Origin: Deltaproteobacteria bacterium
Lineage (GTDB): Bacteria > Myxococcota > Kuafuiibacteriia > Kuafuiibacteriales > Kuafuiibacteriaceae
Length of the DNA stretch: 64,000 bases
Direction: 5' to 3'
NCBI GenBank assembly: GCA_040218735.1
Contig: JAVJQW010000061.1
Span: forward strand, 192,001 to 256,000
Part shown: positions 19,150-28,303 of the stretch, piece by piece
Numbering within the stretch: the first letter of the stretch is position 1
Layout: each line of letters begins with the position of its first letter
Position numbers and translations under genes: made by a program
Notes under the pieces: generated by a model
What the model saw: only the letters and a program-made list of their open reading frames with translations
Database searches by the model: none
What the model was told of the DNA's origin: nothing

Positions 19150-20357
19150 GGATCGCGGCGGCCAGCTTGCTCGTCGCGCTGGGTTGCGCGAGCACCCCCG
19201 ACCGAGGCGCGTGTCCCTCCGACGAGGCGGCGCCGGCGACCAACCCGTTCCTACTCGCGGGGGACTCGCCGTACCGGACCGACCCGGTGCTGCGCGCCAA
19301 GGTGGAGAAGAGCGCGCACCGCTTCTTCCGCGCCGGAAACGAGGCGTTCACGCGCGAGGTCTGCCGCGCGTTCACGGAGGTGCGGGCGACGATCCCCATC
19401 GTGACGCTGCACGGCGACGCGCACCTCGAGCAGATCGCCACGCGGGACGATCGGGTCGGGCTCGTCGACTTCGACGACTCGGTCTCGGGGCCCTCCGTGA
19501 TCGACGTGGTGCGGTTCGGCGTGTCGGTCGCGCTCGTCGCGAACGAGCGCGGGTGGCCGCGGCGCGACGCGGTGCGGGCGTTCCTCGACAGCTACATCGC
19601 GGCGCTCTCGGAGGCGCCGGCGCCGCCGATGCCGCCCGCGATCGCGGCGCTCAACGCGGCGCCGCGTCCGAGCCCCGCCGAGTTCCTCGCGAGCGCCGAC
19701 GCATTGATGGTGCTCGGGACCCCGCCCGACAAGGTGCAAGAGTCGATCGAGACCTGGGAGCGCTACACGAAGCTCATGGTGCGGATGCACCCCGAGCACG
19801 ACGCTTCGTTCTACCGCGTCAAACGGAAGGGTCGCCCCCGCAGCGTGGGCGTGGGGAGCGCGACGACCAAACGTGTGTTCCGGCGGATCGAAGGGCGCAC
19901 GCCGGCCGACGACGACGATCTGATCCTCGAAGCCAAGGAGATCACGGAGCGCGGCGCGTTCCCGTGCACGCAGGGGCGCGGCGGGCTCTCGATTCGCATC
20001 ATCATGAGCGCGCTCCAGTTCGGCGGTGACGATCCGTTCGTCGCGATCATCCCGCGCGACCCGAGCGAGCCGATCGACGACGACCCGTGGTGGGTCCAAT
20101 CCTGGTCGCCGCGCTACGCCGAGCTCGACGTGGCCACCGCTTTTTCACGGAAGCAGGACCTAGCGGACGTCGCGAGCTTCGCCGCGTGGCAGCTCGCGAA
20201 GGGACACACGAGCTTCCTGCCGCGCCCGTACGACGTGCAACTTCGGTTGCTCGCCTACAACGCGGCGGTCGAGCACCGCGCGCGCATCGAAGCGTTGATC
20301 GAACGACTAGCGAGCCAGATCGAGGAAGCCCACGCCGCGCTCGTCGCGACGCGCTGA
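19146..20357 (+). CDS. DUF2252-family (kinase-like fold) protein with lipoprotein signal
   Basis: GTGA overlap, lipobox ALGC, HRFFR, LHGDAHLE, VDFDDS, GVGS, LILEAKE. Confidence 0.75.
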   Translation: MRIAAASLLVALGCASTPDRGACPSDEAAPATNPFLLAGDSPYRTDPVLRAKVEKSAHRFFRAGNEAFTREVCRAFTEVRATIPIVTLHGDAHLEQIATRDDRVGLVDFDDSVSGPSVIDVVRFGVSVALVANERGWPRRDAVRAFLDSYIAALSEAPAPPMPPAIAALNAAPRPSPAEFLASADALMVLGTPPDKVQESIETWERYTKLMVRMHPEHDASFYRVKRKGRPRSVGVGSATTKRVFRRIEGRTPADDDDLILEAKEITERGAFPCTQGRGGLSIRIIMSALQFGGDDPFVAIIPRDPSEPIDDDPWWVQSWSPRYAELDVATAFSRKQDLADVASFAAWQLAKGHTSFLPRPYDVQLRLLAYNAAVEHRARIEALIERLASQIEEAHAALVATR

Positions 20358-20360
20358 TCG

Positions 20361-23234
20361 TCACGGAACCTGGACGAGGTTGCCCTCGAGGATCAGGTAC
20401 GAGCTGTGGAAGCGCGTCTGCGCGTTGCCGAGGCCGAGGACGATGTTCGGGGGGAGGTAGCCGCCGGCCATCGACGACAGGTCGAAGGTCGGGAGCGGGA
20501 TGCCGGCGATGACGTCGGCGACGATCTGCGGGACGAAGCCGTTGATGATCGCGTAGAGCGTGTCGCGGAGCGCGACCGGATCCAGGAGCGTGTCGAGCGA
20601 CGACTCCACGTCGAGGACGATCTCCGGGTTCGGCGCGAGCGTGAACTGCAAGACACCTTGCGCGTCGACCGAGATGTTCGCGCGGATCTTCGCGTGGGCG
20701 AAGACGCGGGCTTCGATCATCGGGAAGTTCGGGATGCCGCTGACGTCGAGGTCGATGCCGAGGTCGCCAATTGCTATCTCCACCGGCCACTGCGCGTTTC
20801 CGGTCGGGCGGACGACGGGCGGCAACATCGGGTCGGCGGTCGCCTCGATGTTCACCATCGAGCCGTTGTTGTTCACCTGGCCGTTGAAGAACTGTGCGAG
20901 GTCGATGTGGAACGCGCCGCCGTACCACGCCGAGTACATCGCCTGGTTCAGCAGGTCGTAGCCGAGCGCGACCGCGAGCGGGTCGCTGCTCGAGAACGAC
21001 GGGAGGTTCTGGACCTCCTGCAGGATGCCGCCGCGCGGCTCGGGGGAAAACGCGGGCGTGGCGAACAACGTCGTGTCCATCCCGATGTTCCCGCCCGCGG
21101 TGTCGAACTGCACCATCCCCAAGCCGGACCGTAGCTCGAGGCGCGTCGAGAGCGGCGCCGGCAGGTTGAAGCCCGTCGACAGATCCAGAGAGTCGAGGAA
21201 GTCCTCCACGACCGGCGGGATCTCCGCGCGAATGATGTCGCGGAACGCGGTCTCGAGGCGGCTGGAGATCGCGCCGCGGAAGAGGTTGATGATGCCGTCG
21301 ATCGCCCAGTCGATGATCGACGGGAGGTTCAGGTTGATGTTGAGCCCGACGATGTTCACGTTGGCGCTCGGCATCGACACCACCGAGCTGTTGCCGCTGC
21401 GCGAGATGTTGAGGTTGCCGGACACCACGATGCGCTGCGCCGTGGCCGTGCCGCTGACGTTGACGTTGATGTCGCAGACGTCGCCGCTCGTGTGCATGTT
21501 GACGACGACGTTCGGGATCGACGCGTACAGATAGAGCCCGCCGTTGCGCGTGGTGATGTTGATCGTCGGCGTCCCGAAGTTGACGGCGTCGACGTACAGA
21601 CGGAGGCGGCCGCTGAGGAAGAGGCAGCTCGAGTTGTAGGTCGTCGCCGGGTCCGGGATGATCGAAGCGACGTCGAGGTTCTGGATCGCGAGGCGCGCGA
21701 TCGTCGCGAGGTCGTCGACGTCGTTGGCGTTGTCGTCGAGCGCTGCCTGACCGAGGTGCGCGATGATGCCGTCGTTGACGCGCCCCGATAACTGACGCGA
21801 CGGGCTCGCACGTTTGTACGACGAAGCGATCTCGAACGACTGCGCGAGCTCACGCACGTTGCCGGCCTCGTCGACCGCGGTCGCCTCGATGACGTTGATG
21901 CCCCACGACGGGTCCATCGGGACGGAGAAGTCACCCTGCGCGTTCGGCGTGACCGGCTGCCCGTTCACGAGGAAGTCGGTCACGGAGCTGACGAGGTCGG
22001 TGACGTTGCCCTGGAGCGTGAGGGTGTCGGTCGGATCCGCCTGCACCATCGCGCCGCGCGCCGGGAACGTGAAGGTGATCTGCGGCGGCAGCCCGTCGAC
22101 GACGAGCATCATCGTGTCCTCGACCGTCGCGCCCATGTGCGTGGGCGGGTCGACGGTGGCGACGAGGGTGATCATTCCGTCGCCGACCAACGACGCGCGG
22201 GTCCCGAGGTCGTTCACGGAGCCCGCCGGTATGCCGTAGAACGTGACCGCGACGTTCTCGATCGCGTTGCCGTAGATGTCGGCGGCGGTGAGCTCGGGCT
22301 CGACGATGTCGCCGCTCGCGTAGATCGGCTTCGTCGGATCCAGCGCGACGATCTGCACCGTCGCCGGATCCGCGGGGCGCACGCCGACCACGAGCACGTC
22401 GGAGGTCACGCCGTGGGCGGGTAGGGTGCAGGTGACGTCGTAGTCCTGCGCGACCGTCGCGACGAAGCCGGTCGCGTCCTGCGTGTCGGGCGCGGGCGTG
22501 ACGTTCACGTTCGCCGTCACCGTGACCGGGTTCGCGTAGGCGTCGACCGCGAAGCACGACACCTCGACGCGCTCACCCGCGACCGCGGAGCGCGGCGTGG
22601 CTTCGACGACGAGGCGCGCGGGGTCCGCCGGCACCACCGCAAGCTCGGCCGTTACCCGGTCGAGCATGCCGAGGCGGCACTCGACCTCGTAGGTCCCGAC
22701 GTTCTCGGCGAACAGCCGCTGCGACTGAACGGTGACGCTGCGGCTCGGGGACGCGCGGACCTGCGCGTCGGTGGTCGCGGTGCGGTTGCCCTCGGTGTCC
22801 TCGAGCTCGCAGGTGACGTCGACGGGGAAGCCGGCCTGCGCGGTCGTGGCGGAGAGCGTGGCGACGACGCGGACAGCGTCGGACGGGATGACGACGAGCG
22901 AGGCGGGCGTGACTTCGTAGTCGGCGACGACACACGCGACCTCGTAGCGCCCCGCGGCGCGGCCGACGATCTGCGGGCCGGTGAGCTCCACGCCTTCGGA
23001 CGGCGTGACCGTGACGCTGATGCCGGCGCCTTCGAGCTTCTCGGTCGCGCCGTCGCTCTTGTTCGCGATGCACTCGACGCTGACCGCGGCGCCGGCGACG
23101 ATCTCATCGCCGGAGAGGACGGTGGTGACGTCGGTGATCGTCGGGTCGTCGACCCGGTGAATCGTGCCGCCGGGGTCTTCGGCGCAGGCCGCGAGGGCGA
23201 GCACCGCGATGACAGTCAGCTTCCGTTTGTGCAC
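20361..23234 (-). CDS. Large lipoprotein: Ig-like repeats plus C-terminal BPI/LBP-like region
   Basis: Lipobox LAAC, repeated AG..V.V.C...D..GN Ig units, PPQITFTFP...AVDEAGN, C-terminal AVALGYDLLNQAMYSAW.GG. Confidence 0.75.
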   Translation of the reverse strand: MHKRKLTVIAVLALAACAEDPGGTIHRVDDPTITDVTTVLSGDEIVAGAAVSVECIANKSDGATEKLEGAGISVTVTPSEGVELTGPQIVGRAAGRYEVACVVADYEVTPASLVVIPSDAVRVVATLSATTAQAGFPVDVTCELEDTEGNRTATTDAQVRASPSRSVTVQSQRLFAENVGTYEVECRLGMLDRVTAELAVVPADPARLVVEATPRSAVAGERVEVSCFAVDAYANPVTVTANVNVTPAPDTQDATGFVATVAQDYDVTCTLPAHGVTSDVLVVGVRPADPATVQIVALDPTKPIYASGDIVEPELTAADIYGNAIENVAVTFYGIPAGSVNDLGTRASLVGDGMITLVATVDPPTHMGATVEDTMMLVVDGLPPQITFTFPARGAMVQADPTDTLTLQGNVTDLVSSVTDFLVNGQPVTPNAQGDFSVPMDPSWGINVIEATAVDEAGNVRELAQSFEIASSYKRASPSRQLSGRVNDGIIAHLGQAALDDNANDVDDLATIARLAIQNLDVASIIPDPATTYNSSCLFLSGRLRLYVDAVNFGTPTINITTRNGGLYLYASIPNVVVNMHTSGDVCDINVNVSGTATAQRIVVSGNLNISRSGNSSVVSMPSANVNIVGLNINLNLPSIIDWAIDGIINLFRGAISSRLETAFRDIIRAEIPPVVEDFLDSLDLSTGFNLPAPLSTRLELRSGLGMVQFDTAGGNIGMDTTLFATPAFSPEPRGGILQEVQNLPSFSSSDPLAVALGYDLLNQAMYSAWYGGAFHIDLAQFFNGQVNNNGSMVNIEATADPMLPPVVRPTGNAQWPVEIAIGDLGIDLDVSGIPNFPMIEARVFAHAKIRANISVDAQGVLQFTLAPNPEIVLDVESSLDTLLDPVALRDTLYAIINGFVPQIVADVIAGIPLPTFDLSSMAGGYLPPNIVLGLGNAQTRFHSSYLILEGNLVQVP

Positions 23235-23413
23235 GACCACCTCTTCATTATCCCCCGCGTCGTCACCGCCGTTGCCCAAGTTCCGTGCCTCTAGGACAGA
23301 CGCCCGAGTTACGAACTGACAACCCCGGTGACCCTGATCACCCCTTACTGTAAGCGATCTGCTCCGAAACGCCGCTTGCGACGGCGTGTCAGCGAACGTT
23401 AGGAGGCCGGTCG

Positions 23414-23719
23414 ATGGCGCAACCCACCGAGCTGCAGCAACGGCTGGAGGCCGAAGTCATGGAGGTGGAGTGGGATGCCCTGCTCCCGCACTTTGGACGC
23501 GGCGCGTTGGTCATCGTCGCGCCGGAGGTGCCGCTGGTTCAGGTGGCGATGGCGGTCAGCCTGGACCTGAAGGACGACGTCGCCCAGTGGATGCAGAACG
23601 GGATCGTCTCGAAGCCCTCCGACGAGGCGGCGAAGTCTTGGGCGCGGGACACCCGCTTTCGGTTCGTGATCGTGCAGCCGTTCGTGCTCGCGCAGCCGAT
23701 CCCGACCGAGTCAACGTAG
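23414..23719 (+). CDS. DUF2288 family protein
   Basis: W..LLPHF.RG.L, LVQVA.A...D....V.QW, IVQPFVL.Q. Confidence 0.8.
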   Translation: MAQPTELQQRLEAEVMEVEWDALLPHFGRGALVIVAPEVPLVQVAMAVSLDLKDDVAQWMQNGIVSKPSDEAAKSWARDTRFRFVIVQPFVLAQPIPTEST

Positions 23720-25771
23720 CCGGATGCGCACGTGCCGGCCCGGCCGGATGTAGACCTTCGACACCCAGCGCGGTTTGCGATCGCCGGGGCGCCGCAGCGC
23801 CACGACGTGGTGCCCCACGTGAATGCGCGCGCGCTTCAGCGGCGTCCGCCCGAACGGCTTGCCGCCGACGTAGATCCAGCCGCCGGGCCGCGTGAGGATC
23901 GAGAGCGAGCCGTAGCTCGAGGTGGTGCGACGCTTCGGCGCCGCGCGCCGCGCCGCGGAGGTCTTGGGCGCGGCGCCCCGAGCGCCCGCGGTCGCCGCTG
24001 GAGGCGCCGCCTCGTCGGCACCGGCCACGTCGGGTCCCGAGGCGTCCGAACGCACCGCACCGACGCCACCCGCGAGCTCTGCGGCGCGCTCGCCGACGTT
24101 CGACCGCGACGTACCACTTCCGCCCGCGACGCCCGCGCCGCCCGCGCCGTTCGACGGCGCCACGACGCTTCCCTTCGCGGCGCCTGCGGCGCGCCCGCCG
24201 ACGCCCGCGCCGTCCGAAGGCGCCACGACGCTCCCGTTCGCGGGGCCCGCGTTGCGCTCGCCGACGCCCGCGCCGTTCGACGCCGCGCCACCGCCTCCGT
24301 TCGCGAGCGGCGACGGGTCCCGCATCGAAGCGACCGCCGCCCCGTCCGCGGCGGAGGCTCCGCGCTCGACAGTGTCCCCGGGCTCACCGGGACTCGCCGC
24401 CCCGCCCGAGACCGCGGCGGCTCCGACCCCATCGTCCGCCGTGTCCGCCGAGGCGCTCTCCGCGCCGGCCTCCTCGACGACGTCGTCCTCCTCCTCGACG
24501 ATCACCTCCGTGTCGTCCTCGACGTCACCCGCCTCGGCCTGCAGATCCTCGGGCGCGTCCGCCGGCATCCCTTCGGCGATGGCCTCCTCGACCGGCGTCC
24601 GCGACGCGGCGACGTGCATCGGCGCCGGGAGCCATCGAGCGATCTCGGTCCGTCCGCGCGCCCAAAGCGCGGACGCCCGCTCCGGCGCGACGAGCGCTCC
24701 GAGACCCAGCGCGAACATGAGCGTGAGCAGGAGCATCGAGAGCCTGCCGAAGCGACGACGCTTTGGCGGCGTCACGCCGGACGCGACCGACGAACGGCGC
24801 GAAGGCGTCGCGTTGAGCTCCGTCGTCTCGGCGACCGTCTCCCCCGCGAGCACGGCCGCGAGCCACGCGCGGTGTTGGCGCTCGGCGTCCGCGAGCTCGC
24901 GCTCCGCGAAGTCCTCCAGCGACTCGCCGCCCGCGTCGGCGAGGTACTTCTCGAGCGCCTGCGCCATCTCCTTCGCGTCGGCGTAGCGCGCTTCGGGTTT
25001 CAGCTTCAGCCCGCGCAGGACGATCGCGTCGAGCGCGCGCGGCGAGCCGGCGATCTTCGACGGCCGCGGGATCTTCTTCCGATCCGCCGCCACCGCCGGC
25101 CCGTGTTTGCCGCCGAACAGCGGGCGCCCCGTGAGCAGCTCGTGCAGCACGACGGCGGCGCCGTACACGTCGGCGCGGCGGTCCACCGGGCGCTTCGCCA
25201 ACTGCTCCGGCGCGACGTACGAGATCTTCCCCTTCACGAGCCCGCTCTGCGTCTCCTGCGCTTCACGCCCGCGGACCAGCGCGATCCCGAAGTCGAGGAT
25301 TTTCACCTTCCCGTCGAACGTCAGCATCAAGTTCTGCGGCGTGACGTCACGGTGCACCACACCGAGCGGCTTGCCGGCGAGGTCCTTCAGCTCGTGGGCG
25401 GCGTGCAGCCCGCGACACGTCTCGGCCACGAGGCGCGCGGCGACGGACGGCGGCAGCGGCCCGTCCTGCATCGCGCGCAGACGCGACAGCGACAGGCCCG
25501 AGATGTACTCCATGGCGAGGAACAACGTCCCGCGCTCTTCGCCGAAGTCGTAGACCTGCGCGACGGCGGGGTGCGCGAGGTTCGAGAGGACCTTCGCCTC
25601 GTCGAGGAACATGCGGCGAATCTCGTCGTAGCGGACGAGCTCCCCGCGGATGACCTTCACCGCGACGAGTTTCTCGAACCCGTGGGCGCCGACGCGCTTC
25701 GCCAACAGGACTCGGCCCATGCCCCCCGTCGACAGCGGCGTGACGACCTCCATGCCGCCGATCGTCGTCAC
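23711..25771 (-). CDS. Membrane Ser/Thr protein kinase with low-complexity linker and C-terminal PEGA-like domain
   Basis: GGMGRV, VAVK, HRDVTPQN, DFG, APEQ, one TM, C-terminal GSLSILTRPGGWIYV.GK.FGRTP. Confidence 0.92.
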   Translation of the reverse strand: MTTIGGMEVVTPLSTGGMGRVLLAKRVGAHGFEKLVAVKVIRGELVRYDEIRRMFLDEAKVLSNLAHPAVAQVYDFGEERGTLFLAMEYISGLSLSRLRAMQDGPLPPSVAARLVAETCRGLHAAHELKDLAGKPLGVVHRDVTPQNLMLTFDGKVKILDFGIALVRGREAQETQSGLVKGKISYVAPEQLAKRPVDRRADVYGAAVVLHELLTGRPLFGGKHGPAVAADRKKIPRPSKIAGSPRALDAIVLRGLKLKPEARYADAKEMAQALEKYLADAGGESLEDFAERELADAERQHRAWLAAVLAGETVAETTELNATPSRRSSVASGVTPPKRRRFGRLSMLLLTLMFALGLGALVAPERASALWARGRTEIARWLPAPMHVAASRTPVEEAIAEGMPADAPEDLQAEAGDVEDDTEVIVEEEDDVVEEAGAESASADTADDGVGAAAVSGGAASPGEPGDTVERGASAADGAAVASMRDPSPLANGGGGAASNGAGVGERNAGPANGSVVAPSDGAGVGGRAAGAAKGSVVAPSNGAGGAGVAGGSGTSRSNVGERAAELAGGVGAVRSDASGPDVAGADEAAPPAATAGARGAAPKTSAARRAAPKRRTTSSYGSLSILTRPGGWIYVGGKPFGRTPLKRARIHVGHHVVALRRPGDRKPRWVSKVYIRPGRHVRIRLR
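24130..24290. repeat. About 63-bp imperfect tandem repeat (about 2.5 copies) in the kinase linker
   Basis: Protein repeats of (P/A)S(N/D)GAGVG.R.AG.A.GSVVA. DNA cgacgcccgcgccgt and ggcgccacgacgct recur. Confidence 0.7.
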
Positions 25772-25846
25772 CGGCGCGGAGCATGGCAGCGCGCCGGGCG
25801 CGTCCGCAACTCGGGGCGAACGCGCGCGTTCATCGCGCGCCGTCCG

Positions 25847-28294
25847 TCAGCGACGACGCGGCCGCACGCGTGTGCTCGCGATGCCGTCGTCGGGGTTCTC
25901 GGGCCACTGGTGCTTCGGGTAGCGAGCGCGCAGGTCCTTTCGCACGTCGGCGTACGTGTTCGCCCAGAAGCTCGCGAGGTCGCGCGTCACCTGGACCGGT
26001 CGCATGTTCGGCGCGAGCAGCTCCATCTTGATCGGCACCCGCCCTCCCGCGACGAGCGGCGTCTCGTACAGACCGAAGACCTCCTGCAGTCGCACCGAGC
26101 AGACCGGCGGCCCATCGGGGTCGTAGCGCAACTTGGCTTGCCGACCGCTGGGGATCGCGATCGTCTTCGGCGCCTCACGATCCAACAGCGTGCGCGTCGT
26201 GTGATCGAGGTGCTGCCGGAACGCTTCGACGAGGTCGACCTTCTTCAGCTCCGCGAAGCTCTTCTTCCCGTACGCGATCGTCTCCAGCAGATCGACGCGG
26301 GTGTCGGCGGTCGGCAACGCGGGCGGATCTGCATGCTCGCGCGCGAGGAACGCGCAGCGGTTGAGGAATGCAAACACCTCGTCGGTGATCGGCAGCGCAC
26401 GATCCAGATCCGCGCGCGCCGCCTCGACGAGCGTCGCGTGCAGCGCGTCGCGGTCGGGGTGTGGATCCCGGCGCTCGTGGAGGACGAGGTCCCCGAACTG
26501 CTCGCGGATGACACCCTCCGCCGCCTCGCGATCCTTGTTCCAGCGCGCAGCGCGGACCGTCTTCGTGTCGAGCCACGCGCGGTCCACCTCACTCGCCATG
26601 CGGATGAGCGGCGGCGAACGCCCAGCGTCGATGTCGAGCGCGACGATCGTGTCGGCGTCGCGCACCACACTCGACTTCGCGAGCTGCCCGCCCCCCGTCG
26701 CGAGCCGGTAGCGGTGGTCCTTCTGTAGCACTCCGACGCGGTCCGGGAACCCGGCGAGCGTGGCGCGCAGGAGGGCTTCGTCGGAGGCCTCACCGTCCGC
26801 GCCCCCGAACGTGCGACGCGCCATGCGCTCCAGACGATCCGCCACGCGGCGCACCGGCGCGGCGGCCTTGGGATCGATCGCGTTCGCGCGCATACGATCG
26901 AAGCGCAGCAACAGATCGGATCGCCCCGCGGTGCTCGCCTCGGCCGAGCGCGGGAGGACGTCGCGCTCCGACGCGAGCGCCGCGAGCAGCGCTGCGTCCC
27001 GCGCGCTCTTCGGCGCGGCCGCCGCGAGGAGCGCACCGATGCGCGGATCGAGCGGGAGCTTCGCGAGCTTCTCGCCGAGCTTGGTCAATCGCCAACCTTC
27101 GGGTTCGAGCGCGCCGAGGAGGCGGAGGAGCTTCGTCGCCCGCTCGATGCGCGCGTCGGGGGGCGCCTCGAACCACCCGAACCCGCGCGGGTCGGTCGCG
27201 GACCAGGAGAGCACGTCGAGGATCACGCGCGACAGCTCGGTACGCATGAGCTCGGGCGCGATGTCCTGCGCGAACCCGATCTCCTCCTTCTGCGACCACA
27301 TCCGGTACGCCACGCCGGGACCGAGGCGGCCCGCGCGCCCCGCGCGCTGCTCGGCGCTGCGGAGGCTGATGCGCTGGAGCTGCAGGCGATCGAATCCATT
27401 CGATGGATCGTGCAGCAGGATCTTCTCGTAGCCGCCGTCCACGACGACGCGTACGCCGGGGATCGTGAGCGACGACTCGGCGATGTTCGTGGCGAGGATG
27501 ACCTTGCGACGCGGCCCCTGGGCCACCGCGCGGTCCTGCGCCTTGGCGTCGAGCTCGCCGTACAGCGGCACGACCTCCACGTCGCCGATCTCCACCTTCC
27601 GCAACTCGGATTGCGCGCGATGGATCTCGCGCGCGCCCGGGAGGAACGCGAGGACGTCGCCTTCGTTCGTCTCCCGCAGCGCGCGGCGCACGCCCGACAC
27701 GACGAGCGCGTCGACGCGGCGGTCGTCCTTCTGTTCGAGGTACCGTCGTTCGACCGGGTACAGCCGGCCATCGCTCTCGACCAGCGCGGCGTCGTTCAGG
27801 AAGGCGAGCACCGGCGCGGGATCGAGCGTCGCCGACATCGCGACGATTCGGAGCTCGGGCCGCACCGTCTGCTGCACCTCGCGCAGGAACGCGAGCGCGA
27901 GGTCGGCGTGGACGGAGCGTTCGTGGAGCTCGTCGAGGACGACCACGCCGACGTCGTCGAGCGTGGGATCCGTCTGCATCCGTCGGGTGAGGATGCCCTC
28001 GGTGATGAGCGCGATGCGGGTGTTCTTGGAGGTGCGGTCGTCGAAGCGAACCTGGTAGCCGACTCGATCGCCGACCTTGGTTCCGACCTCTTGCGCGAGG
28101 CGCTGAGCGGCGAGCCGCGCGGCGAGGCGCCGGGGCTCGAGGACGAGGACCTTCCCGTCGACGACCCGCTCGAGCGCCGCCGGGACACGCGTCGTCTTGC
28201 CCGCCCCCGGAGGGGCGAGCAGGACCACGTCGCGTCCGGCGGACACCGCGGACGTGACGTCCGGCAGGACGTCGTCGACGGGGAGGTCGAGCAC
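25847..28294 (-). CDS. hrpB: ATP-dependent RNA helicase HrpB
   Basis: APPGAGKTT, PRRLAAR, DELHERS, MSATL, FLPG.REI, QRAGRAGR, C-terminal LLAPNMRPVQVTRDLASFW...RYPKH.WP. Confidence 0.95.
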   Translation of the reverse strand: MLDLPVDDVLPDVTSAVSAGRDVVLLAPPGAGKTTRVPAALERVVDGKVLVLEPRRLAARLAAQRLAQEVGTKVGDRVGYQVRFDDRTSKNTRIALITEGILTRRMQTDPTLDDVGVVVLDELHERSVHADLALAFLREVQQTVRPELRIVAMSATLDPAPVLAFLNDAALVESDGRLYPVERRYLEQKDDRRVDALVVSGVRRALRETNEGDVLAFLPGAREIHRAQSELRKVEIGDVEVVPLYGELDAKAQDRAVAQGPRRKVILATNIAESSLTIPGVRVVVDGGYEKILLHDPSNGFDRLQLQRISLRSAEQRAGRAGRLGPGVAYRMWSQKEEIGFAQDIAPELMRTELSRVILDVLSWSATDPRGFGWFEAPPDARIERATKLLRLLGALEPEGWRLTKLGEKLAKLPLDPRIGALLAAAAPKSARDAALLAALASERDVLPRSAEASTAGRSDLLLRFDRMRANAIDPKAAAPVRRVADRLERMARRTFGGADGEASDEALLRATLAGFPDRVGVLQKDHRYRLATGGGQLAKSSVVRDADTIVALDIDAGRSPPLIRMASEVDRAWLDTKTVRAARWNKDREAAEGVIREQFGDLVLHERRDPHPDRDALHATLVEAARADLDRALPITDEVFAFLNRCAFLAREHADPPALPTADTRVDLLETIAYGKKSFAELKKVDLVEAFRQHLDHTTRTLLDREAPKTIAIPSGRQAKLRYDPDGPPVCSVRLQEVFGLYETPLVAGGRVPIKMELLAPNMRPVQVTRDLASFWANTYADVRKDLRARYPKHQWPENPDDGIASTRVRPRRR

Positions 28295-28303
28295 GCGCGC
28301 AGG

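Noticed and set aside
23275-23292. Sigma-54-like promoter AGGCACGGAACTTGG on the minus strand
   Set aside because: It mismatches at both the -24 flank and the -12 GC, so it is too weak to call.
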